DNA of 64,000 nt from an uncultured Methanoregulaceae archaeon. Lineage in GTDB: Archaea > Halobacteriota > Methanomicrobia > Methanomicrobiales > Methanospirillaceae. Below the pieces are notes generated by a model. That model made no database searches, was not told where the DNA came from, and worked only from the letters and a program-made list of their open reading frames with translations. A program made the translations under genes and the position numbers. Positions within the stretch are counted from its first letter, which is position 1; the number at the start of each line of letters is the position of its first letter. This document shows positions 33,050-45,229 of the stretch, one piece after another. Location: positions 1,024,001 to 1,088,000 of the forward strand of contig OY969564.1 of NCBI GenBank assembly GCA_963701095.1, written 5' to 3'.

Positions 33050-34546
33050 ATGGGAGGGCAAAGAGTGGACGATCCAGAACTTCGTGGTGATGAACAGATA
33101 CTGATGCGAACCCAGGGGATTCATGTAAAATCAATCTCCTTTGAGGCGATTCTCACCAACAAACGAATTATCCTCGTTGACAGAATAAAAAACCTCCTGC
33201 CACCAAAAGAGATTCCTCTTGTTACTATCCAGTCCATTGAATCCGGGGAAAACGCGATCCGTGATCTTGTTATCAGGCTGGGCGTTATCACTAAATCCGG
33301 TGGAACGCGACAGATGGTACTCACCTTCGCCCGCGAGGGTGGAGGAAACCGTGTCAAAGAACGGGATGAATGGGTCAACCAGATCCGGGTTCATACTACT
33401 CCTTCCTTCGAGCAGGTGATGAAAAAGGTGATTCCCGGTATTGATCTCGCAAACCAGGAAAAACCAACCTCTCAGGTCTTTAATCCCCCGGTTCCTTCGG
33501 TACAGTCCCCTGAATTTACCCGGACTCTAAAAAAGATCGTGGAGACTGTTCCAGGATCCACTCAGCAGCCGGAAAAAGTGAAGGAAACCATTCTTGGCAC
33601 GTACTGCACCCGGTGTGGCACGAGGGTACCGGACACGTCTGATTTCTGTACGAAATGTGGCGCACGTATTTTGGCCCTTCCTGTAGGTACTCAGGAACCG
33701 GCTGCTGCACCAGTCTCGTCTATGCCAGAACCAGCAATCCTCGATGAGAGTCCTATCGAAAATGCAACCAGATCCCTCGAGCAGCTTGTCACAAAAGCAC
33801 AGGTTGCTCAACCTCAGGACAAACCATCCGGAGCGATACCAAGACCGGCAGTGTATACTCCTGAAACCGGTGTACCTCCATCTTCGGAGCCTGAATTGAT
33901 GTTTCCGCCAAATGTAGCCTCAGAGTCTTCGAAGGCTCCTCTGGCAGAGAAACGGTTCATGCCAAAACTTTTCTCACCAAAGGATCTCTCACCCACACCG
34001 CTCGTTCCTTCATCCATGCCAAATGCCGTCAGTCCCCCGCCAAAAAAACCTTCAAACAGGAAAAAAATTGTATTGGCGGGTATTATTATCGTCATCATAA
34101 TCATCGCCGCAATTGCTTTTGTTGTTCTGCCAAAGGTGACATCGTTGGGAGCTCATAGTTCCTCCGGGTCAACCGTTACAGTACCTACAACTATCATCCC
34201 GGTAACAACATCTGCAACAGTGAGCAGTTCTGATACCCCGGTAGTAATTGCCACACATGCACCCGTGACCGTTCCGACAACGGGGGTGTATGTCACGGTC
34301 GATTATATCGGCGGTTTCAACGGCTCATACAGTTTCGGCGGGGTTACAACCAATATAACGCCAAACTCGGGGGCGCAGTCATACCTCATTGACAACGCAA
34401 CTGGCACAGTCACGGCAGTCTTCCAGAAGACTGACGACACTACCACCCATCCGCTTACAGTGGGTATCTATAAGAACGGCAATCAGCTTGCATCGAATAC
34501 AACAAGTGCAGCATTCGGGAAGATTACTGTATCAGCGGGCGTATAA
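33050..34546 (+). CDS. Membrane protein with N-terminal PH-like domain, zinc ribbon and exported C-terminus
   Basis: LTNKRII, CTRCG...FCTKCG, single TM helix, T-rich stalk. Confidence 0.75.
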   Translation: MGGQRVDDPELRGDEQILMRTQGIHVKSISFEAILTNKRIILVDRIKNLLPPKEIPLVTIQSIESGENAIRDLVIRLGVITKSGGTRQMVLTFAREGGGNRVKERDEWVNQIRVHTTPSFEQVMKKVIPGIDLANQEKPTSQVFNPPVPSVQSPEFTRTLKKIVETVPGSTQQPEKVKETILGTYCTRCGTRVPDTSDFCTKCGARILALPVGTQEPAAAPVSSMPEPAILDESPIENATRSLEQLVTKAQVAQPQDKPSGAIPRPAVYTPETGVPPSSEPELMFPPNVASESSKAPLAEKRFMPKLFSPKDLSPTPLVPSSMPNAVSPPPKKPSNRKKIVLAGIIIVIIIIAAIAFVVLPKVTSLGAHSSSGSTVTVPTTIIPVTTSATVSSSDTPVVIATHAPVTVPTTGVYVTVDYIGGFNGSYSFGGVTTNITPNSGAQSYLIDNATGTVTAVFQKTDDTTTHPLTVGIYKNGNQLASNTTSAAFGKITVSAGV

Positions 34547-34706
34547 CCAAGTCAATCTTTTCTTTTCACCATAAAAACGTGGGTCTGGTTCTCATCACGT
34601 CCATCAAACTGAACAGGACTTTGAATCCTCGTTTACTAAAATGAGTTCTTTTTAAGATATCTTTTTTTAATATTTGCACGATCATAGTAGTCAATGAGGC
34701 TACACA

Positions 34707-35312
34707 ATGACTGATACACATACGCCACCCCCGGTGCCGGAAGGGGCAGAGGATCTTGAAACCAAGGGCATTGACGTCCTGATCCAAACGCTGCATACCA
34801 GCTCCGAACCGGCTGTCAGAGAATATGCCGCATACCTGTTAGGTAAAACAAAGAGCTCTCATGGGATCAGACCTCTGGTAGAAGCGCTTGCTGACATTGA
34901 CAAATCCGTGCGGGAACAGGCAATGCTTGCCCTTGTTGCAACCGGTAAAGCTGCGATAGAGCCGTTGACGGATGCTATGAAGGATCCCAAATGGGAGACA
35001 CGGTACCGTGCAGCAGAAGCGCTCGGAAAACTTGCTGACGAGAAAGCACTCAAACCGCTTATCCAGGGGCTTCGGGACAGCCGCGATCATGTACGATACA
35101 TGGCTGCAAAAGGGTTAACAGGACTGGGGGACACATCAGCCGTTGATCCCTTGATAATTCTCTTAAAGGACGAAAATCCGGTCGTGAGGAAAATGTCGGC
35201 AAAAGCACTCTCTGCAATAGGAGGGGAAAAAGTAGAGAAAGCCCTGAGGGATGCAGTCAACGGGGAGACAGACGAAAGTGTCAGGGAAGTGATGAATGCG
35301 GGATTAAAATAA
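34707..35312 (+). CDS. HEAT/PBS-lyase repeat protein
   Basis: Repeated VR..AA.ALG...D..A..PL...L.D units. Confidence 0.9.
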   Translation: MTDTHTPPPVPEGAEDLETKGIDVLIQTLHTSSEPAVREYAAYLLGKTKSSHGIRPLVEALADIDKSVREQAMLALVATGKAAIEPLTDAMKDPKWETRYRAAEALGKLADEKALKPLIQGLRDSRDHVRYMAAKGLTGLGDTSAVDPLIILLKDENPVVRKMSAKALSAIGGEKVEKALRDAVNGETDESVREVMNAGLK

Positions 35313-35507
35313 TTACCCTTGTGATATCTTCCCATTGCTCAACCACGAAACTGATGAAATTGTGCAGTAAAAAGTTTTACTTTTATATTAATTTTTTATT
35401 CCGATATGGCAGAAATATCAATTAAGTATCTTTATCTTATCTTATGAGGGATTCTCTTGTGAGTTCAAGTAAGAGCACCAGCGTACAAAAATGCCGAGTG
35501 ATGCCAC

Positions 35508-37676
35508 GTGAGACCAAGCAATTCAGTTTCCGGAAAAAGCCATTCTTTCTCCCAAACGCTGCTGATCTCCATGATTATTCTCGTCATGTTTATTGTCGGA
35601 TTCATGACAATATACGATTACGTTAATCTCAAAAGCAGCATTGACTCCGAATTCACCAGTTTTCAGAACCAGTCGGAAACCAGTATTGCTGAGGCCTTAC
35701 GACAGGACGATCTGGCAACTACCATTTTAGATGATCAACTCAACTGGCAGATGGAAAGAGGCTTTGATCCTCTTTTCGCTGAATACAACCGTTCCGGAAA
35801 GAACCCTGCGAATATGGACCTTTCCGGAGTGAAAAAGTCTCTTGGAAATGAATATGATATTTATATTATCAATGAATCCGGCGTTATTGTTTATACCACT
35901 TATTCCCCGGAACAAGGAGAGGATTTTCGAAGCATCCCCTATTTTTTCACGTACCTGACCAGGATCCGGTTGTCCCAAGGGTTTTTTGCCGATCGTGTAG
36001 TCCGGGATATTTCCACCGGAAATTTAGAGAAGTTTGCCTATGAACCGACACCAGATCACCAGTATATTATGGAACTTGGCTATATACCGCCTGATCTGAC
36101 TCCACTTACCTTGTACTCAATGATAAAAACGACATCGAAAAATTTGTTTCGATTAATCCCTTTATCGTGCAGTTCCAGATATTCGATACACTGGGTCATA
36201 ATACAGTGGATAATAGCCTACCGGATAATGCCACGGAAGCAGTTCTCACACAGGTAAGTGGCAACCGTGAGACTATGGAAACAGAAAACATAGCCAACCA
36301 CACAGAAACACGGTACCTCTTCATTAATCTGAGTAATCCCCAGTATGGTTCCGATATGAGCAGGATTGTCGTACTCACGTACAACACGGGTCTTGTCCAG
36401 GATGACCTCAACCATCTCGTCTTCGTTCATCTCCTGTTCGGCGGATTTGCTGTTGGGGTTGGTTGTTTTATTGCCTTTTTATTCTCGCGAAGAATTATCC
36501 GTCCGATAGAAGACATAGCACATGATGCAGATCTTATTTCAAACGGGAATTTTGACCACCGCATTGGAACGACTGATGAAAGGGAATTCCGCATCCTTGA
36601 GAAAAGTATCAATACGATGGTGGATTCGCTTAATTCGGCAACAAAGAAGCTCAACGATGAGGAAATCTTCCATCGGGATCTTATAGATCAAATGCCGGTC
36701 GGCATTTTCTTGAAGAAATCAGATACAGGAACATACATTTTCTGGAACCGGGCAAGTGAGGAAATTTTTGAACGGTCTGCAAAGGACGTAATCGGAAAAA
36801 CTGACGAAGAGATTTTTTCTCCTTCAATAGCTGCCCAGATAAAAAAAGGAGGAGGGGGAGGCACTTGCATCACGGTTAGAGATAAAGTATAAGAAAATCA
36901 CATCGAAATCAGGCGCGGAACTTGTCATTCATATGATTATTCTGCCAATCTATGACTCGAAGAGATCCGTGCGATACATGCTAGATATTGCACAGGATGT
37001 AACCGATGAAGCTACTTCCCTGAAAAGGGACCTGATATTCAGCATCACCCGGAGTGATATCCTCGATCAGCTCGCTATCATCATGACCCACCTCGAAAGG
37101 GCCCAGCTTAAAACGACTCACGAGGAGATGCAAATGTTTTTCGATAAGACTATCGGGTCAGTAGAATCCATAAAGAACCGGATCGCGTATGAACGGGCTC
37201 TTCAGAATTCCGAAGTCATTTCACCGAGATGGCAATCGGTAAACCAGGCATTTGCCGAAGCTATCCAGATGCTTCCGGAAAACACGGTTGATATCAATAC
37301 CGGAGTCGGTGAGATTGAGATTTTTGCCGATCCCCTCCTCCCCAGAATATTTTTCAGCCTCCTATCATTATCTTTCCGCCGCGGCGGATCGGCGCTCTCT
37401 TCGATCCGGATGACGGGCATAAGGAACGATAATAAGTTTACATTAATCTATGAGGACGACGGTGTAGGTCTTCCGGCAGAAGAGAAAGAACTAATCTTCG
37501 ATTTCGGATACAGCCAGGAAAATATTGTCAGCCTCTTTTTGATCCGTGAGCTGCTCGGCTTCACCGGCATTTCAATCATCGAGACCGGAGAATCCGGACA
37601 TGGTGTGCGGTTTGAACTCTCCGTACCAAAAGGGCGGTTCAGGGAAAGAAAACAATCAGGACCGGTGTCTTCTTAA
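35508..37676 (+). CDS. Membrane sensor (extracellular domain, HAMP, PAS, degenerate histidine kinase); frameshifts near 36100 and 36845
   Basis: Two TM helices, HAMP (RPIEDI...GNFD.RI), PAS (FWNRASEEIF), HATPase-like YEDDGVG; three ORFs join by single-base corrections. Confidence 0.75.
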
Positions 37677-37702
37677 TATACCCTGAAGTAACTTTAAAAA
37701 AA

Positions 37703-39690
37703 TTAACGAATCTTCGTACCCGGATCAACAGGTTTTTCCGGTGCCAGAAGCGATGCTGTATCACCGGCCGCAAGGATCATGCCATTGCTTTCTACGCCAA
37801 AAATTTTTGCCGGTGCAAGGTTTGTAAGAACAACAACATTTTTCCCGACAAGTTCTTCGGGTTTGTAGAACTGCGCAATGCCGCTCACAATCTGACGGAT
37901 CTCTCCACCGGTGTCAACCTTAAGTTTCAGGAGCTTGCTCGATTTTGGGATTCCTTCGGCAGCAAGCACTATTCCGGTTTTCATCTCGATTTTACTGAAA
38001 TCCTCGATTGAGATCGACGGTACCTTTTCCATTTTTTTATTCGCCTCCATAACACGATGCTGGAGCACAGCATCCAGCTCTGCAATCTGATTTTCCTCGA
38101 TCCTGCTAAACAGAGGGATTGGTGCCATAAGCTGCCTTTCTGGGACAAGGATAGCCGCCTCATCAATCATATGGGTTGCCACCCCGTCGGAATATCCCAA
38201 CTGAGCCCAGCATTCCTGTGCCTTTGCGGGTATTACCGGCTCGATCAGAAGGGCAAGCGCTTTTACAATCTGAATGCAGTTCTTTATTATCCGTGCAGCA
38301 GCGTCACGGTCAGTTTTTATTAATTTCCACGGCGCATTGGTCTGGATATACGTATTCCCGAAAGCGGCAAGCCCCATTATAGTATCAACTGCTCCTTTGA
38401 ACTCGTATTCCTTCATCTGGGCGTCAACACCAGTCAGGCACTTCTCGATTTCAGCAATGATAGCCGGATCGGTTGTTCCCGGAGGGACACCGCCGAACTC
38501 CTTGTGTGCGAAAAAGAGCGTACGATACACGAAGTTTCCGAAAATATTGACAACCTCGTTGTTTATCCGTTCGCCAAAAACTTTCCACGAGAAGTTGAGT
38601 TCTTTTGTATGGCTTGTATAGGCCAGCAGGTAGTAACGAAGGTAATCCGGGGAAAGACCTTTGTCAAGATAATCCTCGTTTGTCCAAACTACATAACCGC
38701 GGGATTTCGAAAATTTATGATCATCCACCTTTACCATCCCGCTCGCTACAACAGCATGAGGCTCTCCGTAACCGGCCCCTTTGAGGAGGGCAGGCCAGAA
38801 TATACAGTGGTGATAGATAATATCCCCGCCGATGAAATGGGTTACCCGGGTACTACCGCACCAGAATCGCTTCCAGTCTTTATTTATATCAGCCGCCCAC
38901 TCCTCGGTGAATGCAATGTACCCTATTGGTGCATCAACCCAAACATATACGACAAGATCGTCGCGGCCGGGGAATTTCACGCCCCAGTCAAGCGTGCGGG
39001 TAATACACCAGTCATGCAATTCATCCCGGATCCAGCCGATAGCATAGTTCTTTGCATTACTGGTTCCCCGGAGCCGATCAAGAAATGGCAGGAGATAATC
39101 CCTGAATGCGGAGAGCCTGAAGAAAAAATGTTCCTGATCCCGGAACTCCGCCTTTGTCCCACAGACTTTGCAAAACGGATCCTGGATCTCGCCTGGTTCG
39201 AGATGTTTGCCACACCCCTGGTCGCACTCATCCCCCCGGGCCTGCTTTCCACAGTAAGGACAGGTTCCCTCGACATATCTGTCCGGGAGAAACCGTCTGC
39301 ATTTCGGGCAGTACGCCTGGTGAACAATCTGTTTATAGATATATCCGTTTTTTTCCAACCGGCTCATGATCTCCCGGGTACGGTGATGATTGACCGGATC
39401 ATCAGTCATGCCAAAATGATCGAAATTAACGCCGATTCGTTTAAACGTTTCATCAAAATGCCGGTGGAACTGTTCGGAAAGCCCCGGGGCGAGATTCCCC
39501 GCTCTTCTGCTGACACAACAATAGGGGTCCCGTGGTTGTCAGAACCTGATATAAAAAGGACCTCTTCGCCAGTCCGCCGCATATAGCGGACGTAACAGTC
39601 TGCAGGGACGTACGTGCGCAAGTGACCGAGGTGGCAGGGCCCATTTGTATAAGGAAGCCCGCAGGTAACCAGCAGAGGGGGTTGAGACAT
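37703..39690 (-). CDS. metG: Methionyl-tRNA synthetase (frameshift near 39485)
   Basis: [11 protein letters not shown], Zn knuckles, KFSKS, C-terminal tRNA-binding domain (GVESNGMIL). Confidence 0.95.
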
Positions 39691-39708
39691 TACGGTACTT
39701 TTTAGCAT

Positions 39709-40530
39709 GTGATAGGTAATAATTTATATACCATGCCTAAGGAGATTCCCCTTCCTACAAGGGCGCTCGGCACCGAATCTGTCAACCCGGATCTTTCCTC
39801 ACTTGCCAGGTGGATTTCCAAACACCGGGGAACCAAGGCTGATCTTATGGCATACCGGTTCGACGCATCGCTGTCACCGGAACTCGCTGCAGGCATTTCT
39901 TTTCCCTGCGCAGGAGGTCTGTTTTACCATGAACGAATCCGCGAATGTCTCACTGGTTTAAACGCCAGAGAGAACACAGCAACCGGCGAAATCCATGTGG
40001 ATGGCAATGCATTGGTTGAAGATTCAATCCTCGCGACTGCCCAAAAAAAAGAGGTATGGTGCGCACTCCCTTCACCGCACACCCTCGGAATAACGGATAA
40101 ATACTACAATGACGATGAAGAGTGGAGCCAGGCTATCACAGTGGCGTACCGCATTATAATGCGGACGATGCGGGATGCAGGTATCGGTGGGCATGTCCTT
40201 ATCGGTAATACGCTGGATGAACGGGAGATATCAGTACTTGCAGGAAAAAAGGTCTTCTTTTTTTCACCTTCACCCGGGGAGGAGGACCTTGAACTCATCA
40301 TGGAATACCAGCGCCAGGTGGCCATCAGCACGAGGATGCTTGATATGGCATTCGATCTTGCAACAGGATACGAAATTAACCGATGGATCCTTTTGGATCC
40401 GGATGAAGAAGGAATCCGCCGTATACTATCGCACGTCGATACCGACCAGGTTATCGCCGGGGGATATTGTATTGGTGAATCCGACACCTACTGGAAAAAC
40501 CTCATAGACTGTGCGGTATATATGAAGTAA
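39709..40530 (+). CDS. Hypothetical protein, remote MetE/UROD-like barrel
   Basis: LPSPHTL..D.YY.D.EE...AI...MRDAGI pattern; head-to-head with metG. Confidence 0.6.
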   Translation: MIGNNLYTMPKEIPLPTRALGTESVNPDLSSLARWISKHRGTKADLMAYRFDASLSPELAAGISFPCAGGLFYHERIRECLTGLNARENTATGEIHVDGNALVEDSILATAQKKEVWCALPSPHTLGITDKYYNDDEEWSQAITVAYRIIMRTMRDAGIGGHVLIGNTLDEREISVLAGKKVFFFSPSPGEEDLELIMEYQRQVAISTRMLDMAFDLATGYEINRWILLDPDEEGIRRILSHVDTDQVIAGGYCIGESDTYWKNLIDCAVYMK

Positions 40531-40741
40531 TGTATCAACAAATTTACCAAACTCATATTGAGCATCAGGTAACCTTTCATCGTTTCTCCTGATATTTCGG
40601 AAGTTTTGGAAAAACCAACGATATATGCTGGAAGGTTATTCCAAAGAAACAAGCATTAATAACAAAGGATAAAAGCATTGTTATAGTGGAAGGAGAGGGT
40701 GAATGCATCTCACTCCCGAAAACAGCTTTGGATGATACTCC

Positions 40742-42325
40742 ATGAAAGTAAAAACTGTGGTCTGGTTATTGGTTATTCTTATATCAAGTATATTTCTCAT
40801 AAGTCCGGTTCTTGGTGATGTACCTGTTGCAAACTTTATATCGAATACTACTTCAGGAACCGTCCCGCTCACTGTACAGTTTGTGGACTCTTCGCAGAAT
40901 ACGCCCACGTCATGGACATGGTTATTTGGTGACGGAGGAATGTCTACAGACCAGAATCCGACACATACCTATTTGACCGCCGGCACGTATACCGTTACCC
41001 TTATCGCAAAAAACTTCTACGGTAGCAACACCGTAACCGAGAACGGGTATATTACAGCATCAAAGGCAGCAGCTGTTCCTGTTGTCTCATTTGTTACCAA
41101 CATTACTTCAGGCAATGCACCTCTCAGCGTTCAGTTCCTCGATTCTTCTACCAACTCCCCGAGTTCATGGGTCTGGTCGTTTGGGGACGGAGGAACAGCA
41201 ACAAGTTACGACCCCATACATACATACACAACAGCAGGCCAGTACACGGTAACTCTTACCGCCACCAACTCCGCCGGCAGTAATACGACATCGCTGAACA
41301 ATTACATCGACGTAACCCAGGTTACCGCTGCTCCCACGGCCCTGTTCAAGGCGACTGTAACACAGGGATATGAACCATTGACCGTTCAATTCGTCGATGT
41401 TTCAACGAACTCCCCGAATTCGTGGGTATGGTCGTTCGGTGACGGGGGAACTTCTACGCTCGAGAACCCGGTGCATACCTATACTGCATCCGGAACCTTT
41501 GAAGTCACGCTCACTGCATCCAACGCCATTGGCAGCAGTACAGAGACCGAGCCGGGTTTTGTGGTAGTGAATGCCGCAACGCCGGCTGCCTCGTTTAGTG
41601 CAAACGTGACATCGGGGACCTATCCCCTGACGGTTCAGTTCACCGACACATCCAATGACACCCCGACCGGATGGTACTGGACATTTGGCGACGGAGGAAC
41701 TTCCACAACGGAAAACCCGGTGCATACCTACACGGCAAACGGGGCCTATACCGTTTCCCTGGGAGCATCGAATACAGCAGGTAGCAATACGAGCACCATG
41801 CCTGCATATATTAACGTCTCAAATGCCATATCACCGCCGGTAAGCTCCTTTTTCTCAAATACTCAGTCAGGACCGGTTCCCCTGTCTGTGATGTTCCATG
41901 ACACGTCGAGCAATTCACCCAATTACTGGCAATGGTCGTTTGGTGACGGCGCCCTCAGCAGCGAACAGAACCCGGTTCATACCTATACCCAGAGCGGTTC
42001 CTATACGGTGACTCTGACAACGCAAAATGACGGCGGCAGCAACACCACAACGATACAAGGCGATATTATCGTGTCTCCACAGGGAGCAACGGCTGTTGAG
42101 ACAACGACGTTACCGATAACGACACTGGCAGCAGTGACACAACAACCTACCGCGATGCAAACCACAGTTGTGACGACGACAGTCCCAGGATCTGCCGGGA
42201 CATCCCCTTCATGGACACTGCCCCTGATTGTCGTTGTTATCCTGGTACTTGTTGTGATTGCTCTTGTTCTTCGCCGCGGCGGGCAATCCGGTGGCAGGAG
42301 AAGGTATCGGCGCGGGGACCTGTAA
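40742..42325 (+). CDS. Cell-surface protein with five PKD domains
   Basis: Signal peptide, five W.W.FGDG units, T-rich stalk, C-terminal TM and basic tail. Confidence 0.92.
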   Translation: MKVKTVVWLLVILISSIFLISPVLGDVPVANFISNTTSGTVPLTVQFVDSSQNTPTSWTWLFGDGGMSTDQNPTHTYLTAGTYTVTLIAKNFYGSNTVTENGYITASKAAAVPVVSFVTNITSGNAPLSVQFLDSSTNSPSSWVWSFGDGGTATSYDPIHTYTTAGQYTVTLTATNSAGSNTTSLNNYIDVTQVTAAPTALFKATVTQGYEPLTVQFVDVSTNSPNSWVWSFGDGGTSTLENPVHTYTASGTFEVTLTASNAIGSSTETEPGFVVVNAATPAASFSANVTSGTYPLTVQFTDTSNDTPTGWYWTFGDGGTSTTENPVHTYTANGAYTVSLGASNTAGSNTSTMPAYINVSNAISPPVSSFFSNTQSGPVPLSVMFHDTSSNSPNYWQWSFGDGALSSEQNPVHTYTQSGSYTVTLTTQNDGGSNTTTIQGDIIVSPQGATAVETTTLPITTLAAVTQQPTAMQTTVVTTTVPGSAGTSPSWTLPLIVVVILVLVVIALVLRRGGQSGGRRRYRRGDL

Positions 42326-42403
42326 AAAATAAACCTGGTTCCTTCTCTTTTTATTAAAAAAATGTGTGAGAGATTTTAGAGCCGAAAGGAAAGCATGTGG
42401 GGA

Positions 42404-43895
42404 TTAGACCATTTTTTCTCTGCTGACACACTCAAAATCAATAAAGCCATTATACGGATCGGTTTTTAAAAGTCTGACCCGGACTTTCTGGCCTACCAAA
42501 AGACCATGCTCACCTTTTACAACCCGTCCTTCGGCGGGCGGTGTAAGAAGCCGGACATACGTTCCTTTATCAGCGGCTCCGGTCACCAGTGCATCGAATG
42601 TTTTACCAATACTGTCCTCGAGCAGTATGGCAGCAACCGATTTTCTCATAAACCTTTTGACTTTCTTTGATGCTTTCTCGCGGTCAGTGAGCCATTGTGC
42701 CCGGTCCTGAAGGTCCGACGATGAATACGGACCGGGGCTCCTGTAAGAATAGCTTTAATCTGGCGCTGGTTGATGATATCCACGTAGCGCCGGTTTGGTG
42801 CGGTTGCATGAGTGTAATCGACAACTGCAAGGGCAAAATGACCGGTCGGTGTCGCCCCGGGTTCAAGCATCGTATATTCGCCAGGTCCCATCAGTTTAAT
42901 GATGGCAAGAGAAAGGTCCGGGAAATGGAGGGGGTCGGCAGCTTTTTCTTTCAATAAAAACGCTGCAAGTGCTTTTGCATCCGGCTCCCCTGGCAAAGTT
43001 TCCCCTACAGCTGAAGCAGTGAGCATGATACCGGCCCAGTTTTTTGGCGTTTTTACTATCCGCTGAATTATCGGGACTCCTGCTATCCCCAGACGAGCAA
43101 CCATAGTCCCATTGGCCGCGACCATGAATTCCTCAATAAGCGATTTGGCCAGATTTGGCGTATTCGCAACCAGACCCTGCACCTCACCATTTTCCATAAC
43201 AACTTCCGGCTCCAGAGTGTCAAACTCAAGCGCACCCTGTGCACGACGGTATTTCCGAAGCAGTTGCGCCGCCTCATTCTGGAGACGAACCTGTGCTTCA
43301 AGCCCCGGAACCCCCTGTATACCCGGTGGCAGGGGGGCCGTACCCTCAAGCCACGCTCCCACACTCTCGTATACCAGTTTCGCCTTATTCCGTACCAGTG
43401 CCCGGTATATTTCAGCCGGAGTAAAATTGCCGTCGGAATTTATCAAAAACTCAATAATTACCGCCAGGCGATCCTTACCCTGTAAAAGAGACGTGATTCC
43501 ATACGAGAGCCGTTCGGGAAGCATGGGAAACGTGATTATACCTGTATACACTGAGGTCCCATTATGGGCTGCAAATTCATCGGTGGGAGAGTGTTTTGGC
43601 ACATAGGAATCAACATCGGCTATCGCAACAAGCACCCGGATCTTTCCCTCCGGTAAACGCTCGCAGTATTCAATCTGGTCGAGATCCTGTGAGTCGACAT
43701 TATCTATTGAAGACCACAGGAGCGCCCGGAGGTCGCGTAAATCTTTTGGTATATTGGAAAAGGCTTGCTCCTGCATTTTATTGACCTCGTCCATTACCCG
43801 GGGGGAAACCGGGTTACAAAACCATATTTTTCCATCGCATGCCACGCGATGGTCCTGAGATCGGCATCATGGAACTGCGGCCGTTGTTTTTTCAT
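42404..43895 (-). CDS. RNB-domain exoribonuclease (RNase II/R family); frameshifts near 43800 and 42735
   Basis: SIDNVDSQDLDQ, VAIADV, IEEFMVAAN, YTHATAPNRRYVD, C-terminal S1-like region. Confidence 0.88.
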
Positions 43896-44131
43896 ATCTA
43901 TCGCGTGTAATTCTCACGTTAAGACATAAAAAACTCTTGAAGTGACCGGCTGATATCTTTACAGCTGGTGGCACCGGATAGCGTATATGCAATTATCCCA
44001 TGCAGGTACTGTTTTTTAGTTCTAGTGACTTGTAGAGAGGTTCTGTCAGGTCTTCGAGGGGCAAGTTTTGATGTACTCCGAAAATAAATGCATCACCCTC
44101 ACATAACCCGATGGGACCCTTGCAAGACCCA

Positions 44132-44509
44132 TTACGATCTAGCCGGGAACATCCTTTTTAATATCCAGGTTTTTAATAAGGTGAATCTCGATTCACTGCG
44201 GTCCGGGTTTATTTTTTCCCGTTGAGGATTTCTTGTATCGTACTCGGTCTCACAGCAGAACTCCCTGAATATGGTTTCCATATCAGAATCTTTAACAACG
44301 CACACGAATTGTTGTGTTTTTCTGATGGCCTCACTTGCGATCTGATATTTCTGGCGATCAGGGGGGCGTGATATTTTAACGCCGGGAGAGGGTTCCCGGT
44401 TTTTAAAAACAGTTTCCCTGTTCAACGAAATGGTACCTGGATGAATATATCCTTCAAGCACGGGTATTTCTTTTTGACAATGAGGACAGATAATCGTTTC
44501 ACCAGACAT
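44132..44509 (-). CDS. Hypothetical protein with N-terminal CxxC
   Basis: 125 aa ORF, CPHC, AT-rich upstream region. Confidence 0.55.
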   Translation of the reverse strand: MSGETIICPHCQKEIPVLEGYIHPGTISLNRETVFKNREPSPGVKISRPPDRQKYQIASEAIRKTQQFVCVVKDSDMETIFREFCCETEYDTRNPQREKINPDRSESRFTLLKTWILKRMFPARS

Positions 44510-44825
44510 AAATTCATCCCTCTTATATCACTTCATTTATTTCTGCAGGAATTTTTCTGTGGTTCTTCCGGCTGGAATCGTGAATCGTGATGTAGATATA
44601 CAACTATAATCGTTTCAAATTAATATACATTTTTGTTAATTGTGATTTATACTTAACTATAATCAATTATTGAGATAAACAAGGAACCAATAGAAAAAAG
44701 CCTCAAATTATACCCGTATTGGTCAGACCGGGTTCTATTTTACCAGATCGGGAACAGAATCGTCCCGGGAGTTATTAGGATCCGATAGAAGGAGCGAAAT
44801 GTATCATCTCTGGGTTACTCTTGCA

Positions 44826-45128
44826 TTACTTTGGATCGATCTTCTGACTGGATAACATTTCCAGCATCACATCTTTCATCAGGATTCTCGTGAGATCACG
44901 CCCCTCCTCAGATGACATGTAGTCTTTAAACTGTTCTTTGAACTGTTCCCTGTCAGGGTGATCATCGACGAAGGATGCTAAAGCTTGAGTGATGCAGTCG
45001 GAGATCGTTGTAAATTTTTTTTCCTCATAAACGAGTTTATGAATCTTTTTATAAATACTAGGGGGCATTTTGTAGGAGATTGACACACGCTCTCCACGAC
45101 TTCCGGGTTCCTTTTCCACCATTACCAT
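44826..45128 (-). CDS. Ribbon-helix-helix (CopG-like) transcriptional regulator
   Basis: RVSISYKMPPSIYKKI..LV....FTTISDCITQAL. Confidence 0.7.
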   Translation of the reverse strand: MVMVEKEPGSRGERVSISYKMPPSIYKKIHKLVYEEKKFTTISDCITQALASFVDDHPDREQFKEQFKDYMSSEEGRDLTRILMKDVMLEMLSSQKIDPK

Positions 45129-45229
45129 AGTTTTTGTTTAATTAATATAAAAATGCAATTAATAACAATAAATAATCTTTAAGTATTACAATAGTATTAT
45201 TTATATTTTAAAAAAAAAAGACTTTTTCT

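Noticed and set aside
38504..39586. 360-aa plus-strand ORF
   Set aside because: Antisense shadow of metG.
40742..42325. Nucleotide-level repeats resembling an array
   Set aside because: Explained by tandem PKD domains; not CRISPR. The same applies to the TPR and HEAT genes.
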